DNA of 64,000 nucleotides from Candidatus Latescibacterota bacterium (GTDB taxonomy: Bacteria; JAAXHH01): contig JAJEHX010000038.1 of the NCBI GenBank assembly GCA_022823465.1, positions 103,493 to 167,492 of the forward strand. Reading direction: 5' to 3'. The notes under the pieces were generated by a model. The model ran no database searches, was not told the DNA's origin, and worked only from the letters and a program-made list of their open reading frames with translations. The stretch's first letter is position 1. Every line of letters begins with the position of its first letter. Positions 10,131 to 19,585 of the stretch are shown piece after piece. The translations under genes and the position numbers were made by a program.

Positions 10131-11387
10131 ATGGATAAAACAGACGTATTGATTATCGGAGGCGGCGCGGTGGGCGTCTGCGCCGCGTACTACCTGCGCG
10201 AAGCGGGTTTCCGGGTCGTGCTCGTGGACCGCGGGGAGATCGGGTCCGGCGCTTCCCACGGGAACATGGGACTCGTCGTGCCCAGCCACAGCGTGCCGCT
10301 CGCGGCGCCGGGCGTCGTGTCGCAGGGCCTGAAATGGATGTTCAGGCCGGACAGCCCCTTCTACATCAAGCCGCGGCTGGACCCGTCGCTGATCCGCTGG
10401 CTCTGGGCGTTCTGGAAGGCGAGCAGTGAAGACAGGATGCGCCGAGCTATTCCGCTGATCCGGGACCTGAGTTTGAAAAGCCTGTCGCTCTTCGACGGGC
10501 TTGATAAGCTGGAGGGGGTGGAGTTCGACTACCATCGGCGCGGCGTGCTGGCCCTGTATCGAACACCGGAGGGTATGGAGGAAGGCGAAGAGGAATATCG
10601 CCTCCTTTCTTCCTACGGTCTTGAAATCGACGAGCTTACACCGGATGGGCTGGCCGAAGCGCTTCCGGGGCTGGAACTGAATGCCGTGGGCGGCCTGCAC
10701 TTCAGGCAGGACGCCCATTTGACGCCCGGAAAATTCGTGCGGAGCCTGGCGTCATACCTGGAGCGGCAGGGGGTTGACGTCCGACCCGGGGCGGAAGTAA
10801 CGGGCTTCACGAAAGAAGAGGGGCGCATAACGGCAGTTCACACGACCCGGGGGGACGTCGCGGCGGGAGAGGTGGTGCTCACGGCGGGTTCCTGGTCGGC
10901 CGCGCTCGGCACGCTCGCCGGAGTCCGGCTGCCCATCCAGCCGGCCAAGGGGTACAGCGTTACCCTGAGACGGCCGTCCAACTGGCCGGAACAGCCCTTC
11001 ATGCTGAGCGAGTCCCGGGTGGCCGTCACGCCCATGGGCGACACGCTGCGTATCGGAGGCACCCTGGAACTGGCCGGCATGGACCGGTCCATCAACCGCC
11101 GCCGCGTCGCCGCCATACTCAATGCCGTGTCCGGATACCTGCCGTCCTTCGATATCGGGTCTCACGAGATCGTCGAGACCTGGTGCGGATTGCGTCCCTG
11201 TACGCCCGACGGCCTGCCCTTTCTGGGCCGGGCCCCGGGCATTCCCAATCTGACCGTGGCCGCCGGCCATGCCATGATCGGGGTCTCCCTCGGACCGGTG
11301 ACCGGGAAGCTGGTCCGCCAGATCCTGAGCGGCGAGCAGACCGATATCGACCTCGATCTCCTCGCGGTGGACCGGTTCGCCGGTTAA
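10131..11387 (+). CDS. FAD-dependent oxidoreductase, D-amino acid dehydrogenase (DadA)-like
   Basis: N-terminal VLIIGGGAVGVCAAYYL...VLVDRG dinucleotide-binding fold; DAO-family length (418 aa). Confidence 0.75.
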   Translation: MDKTDVLIIGGGAVGVCAAYYLREAGFRVVLVDRGEIGSGASHGNMGLVVPSHSVPLAAPGVVSQGLKWMFRPDSPFYIKPRLDPSLIRWLWAFWKASSEDRMRRAIPLIRDLSLKSLSLFDGLDKLEGVEFDYHRRGVLALYRTPEGMEEGEEEYRLLSSYGLEIDELTPDGLAEALPGLELNAVGGLHFRQDAHLTPGKFVRSLASYLERQGVDVRPGAEVTGFTKEEGRITAVHTTRGDVAAGEVVLTAGSWSAALGTLAGVRLPIQPAKGYSVTLRRPSNWPEQPFMLSESRVAVTPMGDTLRIGGTLELAGMDRSINRRRVAAILNAVSGYLPSFDIGSHEIVETWCGLRPCTPDGLPFLGRAPGIPNLTVAAGHAMIGVSLGPVTGKLVRQILSGEQTDIDLDLLAVDRFAG

Positions 11388-12737
11388 GTGAACATGCGCG
11401 ATTCAAAGCCCGCGGGCACTTCGTCCGACCATCCTTTTTCGAACAGGCCCCACGTCACGCTCGTGCGTCTGTCCTTCCCCGTTCTGCTCTCGCTCATCGC
11501 GGAACCGCTTACCGGTCTCGTGGACACGGCCTTCATCAAACGACTGGGCGCGGAGTCCCTGGCCGCTCTCGGGGTCGGCGCGGTAGCTTTATCGGGACTC
11601 TTCTGGGTATTCAACTTCCTCGGCATCAGCACCCAGACCGAAGTGGCCCAGGCCGAAGGCGACAACGACCGGCCCCGGTCCGTTTCCATGAGCAGCCTGG
11701 GTATCATCATGAGCATGGCTTTCGGGCTGCTGGTCGTCCTCCTCGGTGTCCCGCTCACCTCGTACCTGGCCACGTTGCTCGGTGCGTCGGGCGCAATACA
11801 CGATGGGGCAGCGGACTATATCTTCTGGCGCTGGTACGGCGCGCCGGCCATCCTGATCACGCTGACAGCCAGCGGCGCACTGCGGGGCCTTCAGGACATG
11901 CGCTCGCCGCTCTGGATCGCCCTCGGCATCAACGGCATCAACATCGTACTGGACCCGATCCTCATTTTCGGCGCCGGCCCAGTGCCCGCACTGGGCATCG
12001 CCGGCGCGGCAGTGGCCAGCGTCGTCGCCTACTGGATCGGTGCGGTCTGGTCGATCTGGATCGTCAGGCGCAAACTCGGCTGGTCCTTCCAGGTGGATTT
12101 CAGCGCGGTCCGCCGATTGATGCGCGCGGGTACCAATCTCTTCATACGCACCGGCGTACTGAACCTGTTTCTCCTGCTTACTACCCGCGAAGCTACGCAT
12201 GGGGGAGCAGATATCGGGGCCGCCCACCAGGCGATCAGACAGGTGTGGATGTTCGGCACCTTCGTGCTGGACGCCCTTGCCGTCACGGGCCAGAGCCTGG
12301 TCGCCTACTTTCTCGGCGGCGAAAGGATCGGCAGCGCAAGGAAAGTGGCCCGGATCGTCTGCCATTGGAGCGTGTGGTCGGGTTGCGTGCTGGGATTCGT
12401 CCTGTGGCTGGGCAGCGGACTTGTGGTCGATCTGCTGGTGCCTCCCAGCGCCGTTCCCTATTTCTATTCGGCCTGGATCATCGCCATTGCCGTACAACCG
12501 CTCAACGCGCTGGCCTTCGCCACCGACGGACTGCACTGGGGCTCGGGGGACTACCGGTACCTGAGGAACGCCGTGATCCTTGCGACGGGCGTGGGTGCGG
12601 CCGGACTGCTCGCCGGTCCCCACGCCCTGGACTGGATCTGGATGATGACGGCGGCCTGGATCGGCGTCCGGGCCACGTTGGGCGTGATACGGGTCTGGCC
12701 GGGGGTGGGGAATAGTCCGTTCAGGACGGTGGAGTGA
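11388..12737 (+). CDS. MATE family efflux transporter
   Basis: 12 predicted TM segments; N-terminal LSFPVLLSLIAEPLTGLVDTAFIKRLG is the MatE signature. The competing 510-aa ORF at 11183-12715 is an Arg/Pro-rich GC shadow. Confidence 0.8.
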   Translation: MNMRDSKPAGTSSDHPFSNRPHVTLVRLSFPVLLSLIAEPLTGLVDTAFIKRLGAESLAALGVGAVALSGLFWVFNFLGISTQTEVAQAEGDNDRPRSVSMSSLGIIMSMAFGLLVVLLGVPLTSYLATLLGASGAIHDGAADYIFWRWYGAPAILITLTASGALRGLQDMRSPLWIALGINGINIVLDPILIFGAGPVPALGIAGAAVASVVAYWIGAVWSIWIVRRKLGWSFQVDFSAVRRLMRAGTNLFIRTGVLNLFLLLTTREATHGGADIGAAHQAIRQVWMFGTFVLDALAVTGQSLVAYFLGGERIGSARKVARIVCHWSVWSGCVLGFVLWLGSGLVVDLLVPPSAVPYFYSAWIIAIAVQPLNALAFATDGLHWGSGDYRYLRNAVILATGVGAAGLLAGPHALDWIWMMTAAWIGVRATLGVIRVWPGVGNSPFRTVE

Positions 12738-12821
12738 CGGGCGGTTTTACTGAAGTTGCTTGTTACGCTACTTAACACGCTCGGATGAACAGGACCGTCG
12801 CTTTCCCGGGCGTACCCGGAT

Positions 12822-14582
12822 CTACCAGGGGAAATCAAGTGTGGGTTGATTCGTGTAACGCTCGTGTGTGATCACGAGCCGGGCGCCGGAACCGGGCGCG
12901 AGTTGAAGTTTGAGATAGTCGCCGGCTATCTCCACCTTCACGTTGTCCACCGATGCCGATTTCAACGCGTGCTCCCGGTACGCTCCGCCCTGGATAATCA
13001 CTTCCGCGGGATGTACCGGGTTCAGGTTGACCAGGGTTACCGCGGATCGCTCCTCGCCGATCGAATCCACGAGCGCGGCCACGTCATCCGGGAGACCCGG
13101 CCGGCGCTCCAGCGGATCGAAGTACCGGAACATGCAGTGGACCGCCTGGGCGCGCTTCGGCGCGGGCCCGCCCATGGTCTGCTGAAAGAGCGTTTCGGGG
13201 ATCGCCGGGTTGAAGCCGTTGGTATTATCGGACAGGCGCGTGTCCGGCGTCATTGGGTCGTTGCGCACACATTCCACCTTCTCACGGACGGTCGCCAGGT
13301 CGGCGCGCAAAGCCTCATCGGGGTAATCCGGGTTCTCCCCGGCCAGGAAGCGCAGCCACGGGTTATCCGGGCAGCGCACCCTCGCCTCCTCCGCCAATGA
13401 CCAGTACCAGGTCTCCATCGCACCGACGCTGTAGGGTCCCGGGGTAAAGTTGTACCAGCCGTCATCCCCATGTTTATTTGGGTACACCATCTGACCGTCC
13501 TCTTCCCGGCCGTTTTCGTTGATCAGGTCGATCATCTCGCTCCACGGCGCCGCGTAGGACCGGTCCCCGGTCAGCAGCAACGCGTGGCTGAAGCCCGACA
13601 GGCCCAGGTGTATCGTGTCTCGGTGAACGATCCGGCCGTCCTGGGGCGCGGCGGTCGTGAATCCCCACCCGTAGCATCCCCCGTACCACTTGCCGTCGCA
13701 GGCGCCGCCGATGGTTCCGTCCAGCCCGATATTCGTTGGGATGATGCCGCCGTTTGCCCGGGTGCGTTCGACCCAGGCGTCCACGTATTCCAGTATCCAG
13801 TTCCGGTACTTGTCCTCGCCCGTCAGCGCGTACGCGTTGAAGGCAAGCCCCGTCGCCAGCATGTTGGAGGGATGGTCGCCGATCACGTCGGTGTAGTCCT
13901 TGAAATGGCCCAGCATCTCCTCGAAGTTGCGTTCGCCGTGGGCCAGGACGAAGCGGCCCTCCTCGATGGGATCGCCCGCCCAGTCTATAGCCTCTGCCTT
14001 GCGCAGCATGGGGCCGCGGCTCCCGTTGAACAGGCTGCGGATGATCCGGTGTTCCGGGTCGTAGTTCCGCGCCCCGGGGTCCTCGTCCATGTAGAAGCCC
14101 GACCACAACCGTACCCGGCGTTCGAATTCCTCCGCCTTCGGGTCGCAGAGGCCCAGGTCGCCGAAGACCGACATGCTTTCTCCGTTGTGGAGCCAGTCGA
14201 ACATGACGGGAAACTCCTTGTAGTACATCCCGTCCCGGCAGAAGGGCACGTCCACCGTCTTCGCCTCGGTGTACTGCAGGATATGACCGTCCTGCGCCAG
14301 GTTGCACAGGTCGAGCAGCTTCTCCGGACCGCCCATCATGTACAGAATGGGCCATCCGGTCAGGTTCTCGATGGCGTCGTCGGGTCCGTCGTCGCCGCCC
14401 CACCGGGGCACGCAGCGCATGTAGCCCCGTTCATCAAAGTAACGGTCGTAGAAGTATTCGCAGGCCCGGGCCTGGGCTTTCAGGGATTCCTTCTGCAGGA
14501 GCGCCCAGGCCGGGGGCGGCATGGGGGTGGTGATGGTCAGGGTGGCCATGGTGTTCGCTTTCTTTAGAAAGGTAAATGTCAT
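12822..14582 (-). CDS. Uncharacterized protein (586 aa). Possible (alpha/alpha)6-barrel glycoside-hydrolase-like fold. No nucleotide-binding motifs.
   Basis: Patterns such as NAYALTGEDKYRNWILEYVDAW and WYGGCYGWGF recall the aromatic-rich helical-hairpin repeats of (alpha/alpha)6 hydrolases; no confident family assignment. The start ATG overlaps the upstream stop (ATGA). Confidence 0.45.
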   Translation of the reverse strand: MTFTFLKKANTMATLTITTPMPPPAWALLQKESLKAQARACEYFYDRYFDERGYMRCVPRWGGDDGPDDAIENLTGWPILYMMGGPEKLLDLCNLAQDGHILQYTEAKTVDVPFCRDGMYYKEFPVMFDWLHNGESMSVFGDLGLCDPKAEEFERRVRLWSGFYMDEDPGARNYDPEHRIIRSLFNGSRGPMLRKAEAIDWAGDPIEEGRFVLAHGERNFEEMLGHFKDYTDVIGDHPSNMLATGLAFNAYALTGEDKYRNWILEYVDAWVERTRANGGIIPTNIGLDGTIGGACDGKWYGGCYGWGFTTAAPQDGRIVHRDTIHLGLSGFSHALLLTGDRSYAAPWSEMIDLINENGREEDGQMVYPNKHGDDGWYNFTPGPYSVGAMETWYWSLAEEARVRCPDNPWLRFLAGENPDYPDEALRADLATVREKVECVRNDPMTPDTRLSDNTNGFNPAIPETLFQQTMGGPAPKRAQAVHCMFRYFDPLERRPGLPDDVAALVDSIGEERSAVTLVNLNPVHPAEVIIQGGAYREHALKSASVDNVKVEIAGDYLKLQLAPGSGARLVITHERYTNQPTLDFPW

Positions 14583-15526
14583 GCCGCCTCGGCATGACGC
14601 ATCCAGAAACTGCCGTGCACCAGGTTCTCCTCATGCATCAACGCTTGACCGATCCTCTTCTTGTCGCGAACTCGTAAGTCGGTACCGAGTCCTATGCCTG
14701 GCGCTTCCTGAACTCCCATGGTGGCAAATCGACGTATAACCCACAGTGCTTTGTCCACCGAAGGAAAGCCGGAGTGTTTGGGGCGCTCCAACAGGTGGGA
14801 CCGAATCAGCGTTCCCCAGTGCTGGACCAGCAGGTGTGGGGCGCCGAACAGTTCCACCGTCGTAATCCAGGGACCGTGGGATACCGCGATTCCGCATTGC
14901 CCGGGTAACGGTCCGAGGACGGTAAGCTCTTTAGCGGCAGCGGCGCGCTTCGCATCGCGCTGATAGATCTGCCGATGGTTTTCGGCGGCAGCCCCCGTTT
15001 CGGAGTAGGCCTGATTGATTTGCAACTCGTCCTGGATTTCGGACCAGACGTTGGCCTGGTTGCTTGAGCGAGACTGTTCCTGAGCCATCGAGTCATAAAC
15101 ACCTTCCTGAATCATCCTGCGGATCCGCGGTGACGCATGCACTTCGTCGCGCTGGTATGCCTGGACCTCTCCCCACCTCCCCTCTTCCAGGCATGAGACC
15201 GGAAGGGTACGTTCAGACCGGGCTGGAATCAGTGCAGTGGCATTTATGGCTCGGTTCTGCTTGCCACCCAGAAAGTGTTCGCCATCAACAACCAGCACTG
15301 GCGTATCGGTCGGGTTGACGGCCAGCAAAGCGCTCACCTGTGCTTCTTCGAGCTCACGTACAACGAGTTTCGAATGGATTCCTGTGGTTATCTCCGGCAG
15401 TATGTTGCCTGGGAGATAGACCGGGAAGAAAGAAACGCCGAGTCGAGTAATGGGTGCACCGATCGCTGCGGTCGACAGGTTTGGCATCATTTTGGAATTC
15501 TCCTTTGAATTACATACCGACGCCAT
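14579..15526 (-). CDS. Uncharacterized protein (315 aa), translationally coupled to the 586-aa protein
   Basis: Long ORF with a coding-like codon pattern. No motif I can assign. GC content is visibly lower than the neighbours, and an AT-rich patch lies immediately upstream. Confidence 0.45.
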   Translation of the reverse strand: MASVCNSKENSKMMPNLSTAAIGAPITRLGVSFFPVYLPGNILPEITTGIHSKLVVRELEEAQVSALLAVNPTDTPVLVVDGEHFLGGKQNRAINATALIPARSERTLPVSCLEEGRWGEVQAYQRDEVHASPRIRRMIQEGVYDSMAQEQSRSSNQANVWSEIQDELQINQAYSETGAAAENHRQIYQRDAKRAAAAKELTVLGPLPGQCGIAVSHGPWITTVELFGAPHLLVQHWGTLIRSHLLERPKHSGFPSVDKALWVIRRFATMGVQEAPGIGLGTDLRVRDKKRIGQALMHEENLVHGSFWMRHAEAA

Positions 15527-15765
15527 AATGACAGATCAGCCAATCTCCATTCCAACATATATCGCATTTCAGTAGACGACAACGAGATCGTAACCATGCC
15601 ACATCGATTCCGCGATAGCGTATTACAAGCAAGCCCCTCCTATGACCAATATACCTTGACACCATCTGACGGTGCACCGAATCTTGTGAGTTCATGTAGT
15701 AGAATTCAACAGTACACAGGTTAACGCGTTCCCATCTCCGCACTACCGTTCCGAAAGGATCCAGC

Positions 15766-16545
15766 ATGCGAACGAGCAAGGTCCTCTCCAAGCTCCGTTT
15801 CTCCGGCTTCGTCCGGATGGCGGGACTCGGCCATTACCTGCCGTTTTACATCCGTTACGCCGCCCATTTCAAGTTCGACGGCCTGTGGTTCGACCTGGAG
15901 CACCGGGCCATGGATTCCAGGGAGGTGCAGTCGATCCTGGCCATGTGCAGGCAGCACGACATCGATTGCATGGTGCGTCCGCCGACCCTGGAAAGGACCC
16001 GGCTGTACCGGTACCTTGAAGACGGCGCGACCGGATTCATGATACCATTCATGTCGACGGCGGACGTAGCGCGCCACGTCGTCGACTGCACGAAGTTCCC
16101 GCCCCTGGGCAACCGGGGCATCGACGGCGCGGGTATTGACGGAGATTTCGGTATCGAAGTGTGGAATGAGGGTTCGACCTATTTCGAGGACGCCAACCGG
16201 GAGACCTTCATCGTGGGCCAGATCGAGACCGTGGAAGGCCTGCGGAACGTGGACGCCATCGCGGCTGTCGAAGGCATCGACGTGGTCTTCATCGGTCCGG
16301 CCGACCTGACGCGGCGCCTGGAAACCGACCCCAACGTCAACTGGACGCTGGACGACGCGATATCGCGGATCTCGGACGCCGCCGAACGGCACGGCAAGGC
16401 GTGGGGCATTACCGCGGGTACCCCTGAGCAGGTGGCCCAGTACCGCAGCCTGGGTGCCAGTCTCGTACCCTGGGGCGGAGACTTCAACCTGATGAAGGTG
16501 CTTGAACAGTGCAGCAAGGACCTGGACGAGATTCCTGGCGCTTGA
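15766..16545 (+). CDS. HpcH/HpaI family class II aldolase (second paralog)
   Basis: Same family pattern as 1488-2270, including the metal-binding E/D and DxxFIGPxDL-type motif (VFIGPADLTRRL). Confidence 0.7.
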   Translation: MRTSKVLSKLRFSGFVRMAGLGHYLPFYIRYAAHFKFDGLWFDLEHRAMDSREVQSILAMCRQHDIDCMVRPPTLERTRLYRYLEDGATGFMIPFMSTADVARHVVDCTKFPPLGNRGIDGAGIDGDFGIEVWNEGSTYFEDANRETFIVGQIETVEGLRNVDAIAAVEGIDVVFIGPADLTRRLETDPNVNWTLDDAISRISDAAERHGKAWGITAGTPEQVAQYRSLGASLVPWGGDFNLMKVLEQCSKDLDEIPGA

Positions 16546-16567
16546 TCAGTAGGGCAGTGATCCGAAA

Positions 16568-17527
16568 TTGAGCTTTCAGTGGAGACAGGTGACTGCCCGC
16601 GCGCCCTTCGCGCCGCGCGACGGAGCCGGTGCGCTGGTATTCGATGAGGCCATGTGGCTGATCGGAGGCTGGAATCCGCGCCACAAGGTTCATTTCCCCC
16701 GAATCTGCAGCAACGACGTCTGGCGGTCTTCCGACGGACGCGACTGGTCGCTGGTCAAACCAAACACATATCTAGGCGGCCCATTCGACGCAAAGAAAGA
16801 CTGGGCGGGAAGGCATACGGGCGGATACGCCGTGCACGACGGCGCCATGTGGCTGGTCGGCGGTGATGCGAACCAGGGGTATCACCAGGGCGACGTCTGG
16901 GTGTCCGCTGACGGTCTGGACTGGCGCTGTGTTCTCGAGGAGGCGCCCTGGGCTCCCCGCGTGTTGCACGGTACGGCTACCTACGAAGGGAAGCTTTGGG
17001 TCTGGGGCGGTCAGGCCATGCCCGGGTTCGCCGGCGGGACGGACCGTTTCTACGATGATGCGTGGGTTTCGTCGGACGGAATCGCGTGGACGCCGTTAGA
17101 GCCGAAGGAACCCCGGTGGGCGTCTAGGGGGATGGTGGGCGGCAGCGTGGTCCACGACGGCCGCCTCTGGATCCTCGGCGGCGGAACGTATGATACGCCG
17201 GACACGCCAGAACGCACGTTCCGGAACGACGCATGGAGTACCGCCGATGGCGTCCACTGGATATGTCACACCCGTAACGCGCCCTGGTCGCCGCGACAGT
17301 ATCATGCTACGGCGGTATTCGACGGAAGGATGTGGGTGCTGGGTGGATGGAATCGCCGGGACCTGAATGACGTGTGGTATTCGTCGGACGGCATGGCCTG
17401 GTTCGAAGTGCCCGACACGCCCTGGCCGGCCCGCCATGCGGCCAGTGTTTACGTATACGACGATGCAATCTGGATTGTTGCGGGCAGTCACATGGTCTCG
17501 GACGTGTGGAAGCTGGAGCGGGGCTGA
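16568..17527 (+). CDS. Kelch-repeat beta-propeller protein
   Basis: Six repeats of the pattern hW..GG.......DVW.S.DG..W. No signal peptide. Confidence 0.7.
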   Translation: MSFQWRQVTARAPFAPRDGAGALVFDEAMWLIGGWNPRHKVHFPRICSNDVWRSSDGRDWSLVKPNTYLGGPFDAKKDWAGRHTGGYAVHDGAMWLVGGDANQGYHQGDVWVSADGLDWRCVLEEAPWAPRVLHGTATYEGKLWVWGGQAMPGFAGGTDRFYDDAWVSSDGIAWTPLEPKEPRWASRGMVGGSVVHDGRLWILGGGTYDTPDTPERTFRNDAWSTADGVHWICHTRNAPWSPRQYHATAVFDGRMWVLGGWNRRDLNDVWYSSDGMAWFEVPDTPWPARHAASVYVYDDAIWIVAGSHMVSDVWKLERG

Positions 17528-17568
17528 AGGGCAACGGCATGGTGAAGCCACAGGGACAGGGAGGAGGC

Positions 17569-18417
17569 ATGGCCGAACAGAAAGAGCCGTCTTTGCTGAC
17601 GCCCGAAGAGAAGTGGCACTTCGAACTGCAGGGATACCTGCTGCTGACCGGTGTCGTCCCGGAAACCGACCTGGCCGTGATGCGGCCGGTCCTGGACGGC
17701 TGGCTGGCCGCGGACGAGGCAGCCCTGCCCGCGCCGCTCAAGCGCGGGCGGCAGGAGCCGAACAAGACCCATATCGGCCATATCCATTACGGACACGAGA
17801 TATTCCAGTGGCTCAACATGAACCCGGAGATCATCCGCGTGGTGGCCGGGCTGACCTGGGGTTGCCCCCGGTTGATGCACTGCGTCTTCACGCACATGGT
17901 CAAGGGCGCAGAGGACCTGCGCTTTCATCGGGATGACGACGGGGTCAAGGTATCCCACGGGTTCCGCAATCCGAACAACGATTTCCAGGTGGCCGACGGC
18001 GAGATCTACTGCAGCCACCTGGCCACGTGGATCGCCCTGGCCGACGTGCCGCCTGGCACGGGATTCTGCCTTGTGCCAGGCAGCCACAAATCCACGGTCC
18101 CCGAGCCGGAAGGCCTGGCCGTCGAACACAACCCGCCCGTATCGATCACGATACCCATGGAAGCGGGAGACGTGATCATCTTCTCCACGCGGCTCCTGCA
18201 CAACGCCAGTCCGTGGACCGAGGACTATCCCCGCCTGAACATATTCCAGCGGTACGTCTTCAGCTGGTTCTTCGACTTGCCCCACCTGTATCCGCTGGAA
18301 GATCACCGAGACAAGCTTTCGGACGACATGTACGAACTGGAGAAGATGACGCGCGACGAAAAGCAGGTCGTCAAGCGGGTCCGGGAGATGCTGGCCGGCT
18401 CGAACCAGTCTGCCTGA
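17569..18417 (+). CDS. Phytanoyl-CoA dioxygenase (PhyH) family Fe(II)/2-oxoglutarate oxygenase. Start at MAEQKEP, preceded by GGAGG.
   Basis: HxD (FHRDDDG) ... distal H ... RLLHNASPW, typical of the PhyH jelly-roll family. Confidence 0.7.
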   Translation: MAEQKEPSLLTPEEKWHFELQGYLLLTGVVPETDLAVMRPVLDGWLAADEAALPAPLKRGRQEPNKTHIGHIHYGHEIFQWLNMNPEIIRVVAGLTWGCPRLMHCVFTHMVKGAEDLRFHRDDDGVKVSHGFRNPNNDFQVADGEIYCSHLATWIALADVPPGTGFCLVPGSHKSTVPEPEGLAVEHNPPVSITIPMEAGDVIIFSTRLLHNASPWTEDYPRLNIFQRYVFSWFFDLPHLYPLEDHRDKLSDDMYELEKMTRDEKQVVKRVREMLAGSNQSA

Positions 18418-18418
18418 T

Positions 18419-19585
18419 TCAGGCCTCGTGCACGATCGTGTTGACGCGATGCGCCTCAATGTAGTCCCGGTCGATCTCGGCGCCCAGGCCCGGACCCTGG
18501 GGTACCGGAACACATCCGTGCGCATCGATGTTTTCCAGCTCGTCCGTGAATTCGGGCGCGTAAACGGGCGGCTTGGTTTGCTTGATTCCGGGGTGTACGA
18601 GCCCCAGTTCGTAGTAGTTGCTGTTTCGGACGGATGCCATGATGTGGCGGTGGGCGAGTCCGCCGCCGTGGAGTTCCACGTCCAGACCGAGTCCCTCGGC
18701 CGCGTGGGCGATCTTCATCACGCCGGTGATGCCGCCGTCCTCGTAGACCCCGGACCGCACGAAATCCGTTCCCCCGTTGACGACGAAATCGACATGCTGT
18801 TCCAACCCGAAGATATGCTCCGTCTGCAGGATCGGCGTGGTGATGTGTTCCCGCAGTTTCTTGTGGCCGAATATGGACACGCCGCCGTCCTTGTAGGGAT
18901 CCTCCAGCCAGAAGAACCCGGCTTCGTCGCAGGCCCGGCCCACCTTCAGCGCGTCCGCCCAGGTATTGTATTCGCAGGCGGGGTCGATCATGAGGTCCAT
19001 GTCGTCTCCCACGCGTTTTCCCATGACTTTCACGTTGGCGACCTCGCGCTCGATGGGGGCGTTGCCCCAGCCGTGGATCTTGAAGGCGCGATATCCCAGG
19101 TCCCGGCACTGTTCGGCGAAGTCCGCGAAGGCCTCGGGCGTGTGCAGACCGCCGTTTTCGTCGCCGTGGTAAGTGCTGGCATAGGCGGGCAGGGAGGTCC
19201 TGTAACCCCCCAGTAACTGATAGACTGGCGCGTTGTAATACTTGCCGGCGAAATCCCACAGCGCCACGTCCACCGCGCCGATCTGGGTCCGGTCGGTGTG
19301 CCGCAGGCCGCGCTTCAGATCGTTGTAGATCTTCTCCCGCTCGAAGGGATTGCTGCCCAGCAGATACTGGACCGCGGCCCCGGAGGGCGAAGGACCACCC
19401 ACGTATTCACCGACAACGCCCAGGCTAGTGTGGATCCGCAGCAACCCGCCGCCGAGCTTGCGCTTGCCGCCTTTTTCGTACACCAGGTTGAAGCCATTGT
19501 AATCCACGCCCATGTTTTCAACCGTGTATTCGAAGACGACGGTTTCTATTTTGGTGATTCGGGGATTCGCGCTGTTTTCTCCCAT
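18419..19585 (-). CDS. Enolase-superfamily enzyme (mandelate racemase/muconate lactonizing; sugar-acid dehydratase-like)
   Basis: KxK...D...E...D metal-ligand spacing and ~390 aa length typical of the MR/MLE subgroup (e.g. galactonate/rhamnonate dehydratases). Confidence 0.75.
   Translation of the reverse strand: MGENSANPRITKIETVVFEYTVENMGVDYNGFNLVYEKGGKRKLGGGLLRIHTSLGVVGEYVGGPSPSGAAVQYLLGSNPFEREKIYNDLKRGLRHTDRTQIGAVDVALWDFAGKYYNAPVYQLLGGYRTSLPAYASTYHGDENGGLHTPEAFADFAEQCRDLGYRAFKIHGWGNAPIEREVANVKVMGKRVGDDMDLMIDPACEYNTWADALKVGRACDEAGFFWLEDPYKDGGVSIFGHKKLREHITTPILQTEHIFGLEQHVDFVVNGGTDFVRSGVYEDGGITGVMKIAHAAEGLGLDVELHGGGLAHRHIMASVRNSNYYELGLVHPGIKQTKPPVYAPEFTDELENIDAHGCVPVPQGPGLGAEIDRDYIEAHRVNTIVHEA

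Noticed and set aside
11183-12715. 510-aa plus-strand ORF overlapping the MATE gene in another frame
   Set aside because: Extremely Arg/Pro/Gly-rich (a GC frame artefact). The MATE frame has 12 TM helices and a family signature.
15510-15791. 93-aa minus-strand ORF in the AT-rich patch upstream of the 315-aa gene
   Set aside because: It falls in a promoter-like AT-rich spacer and overlaps the start of the HpcH aldolase gene on the other strand. No supporting features.
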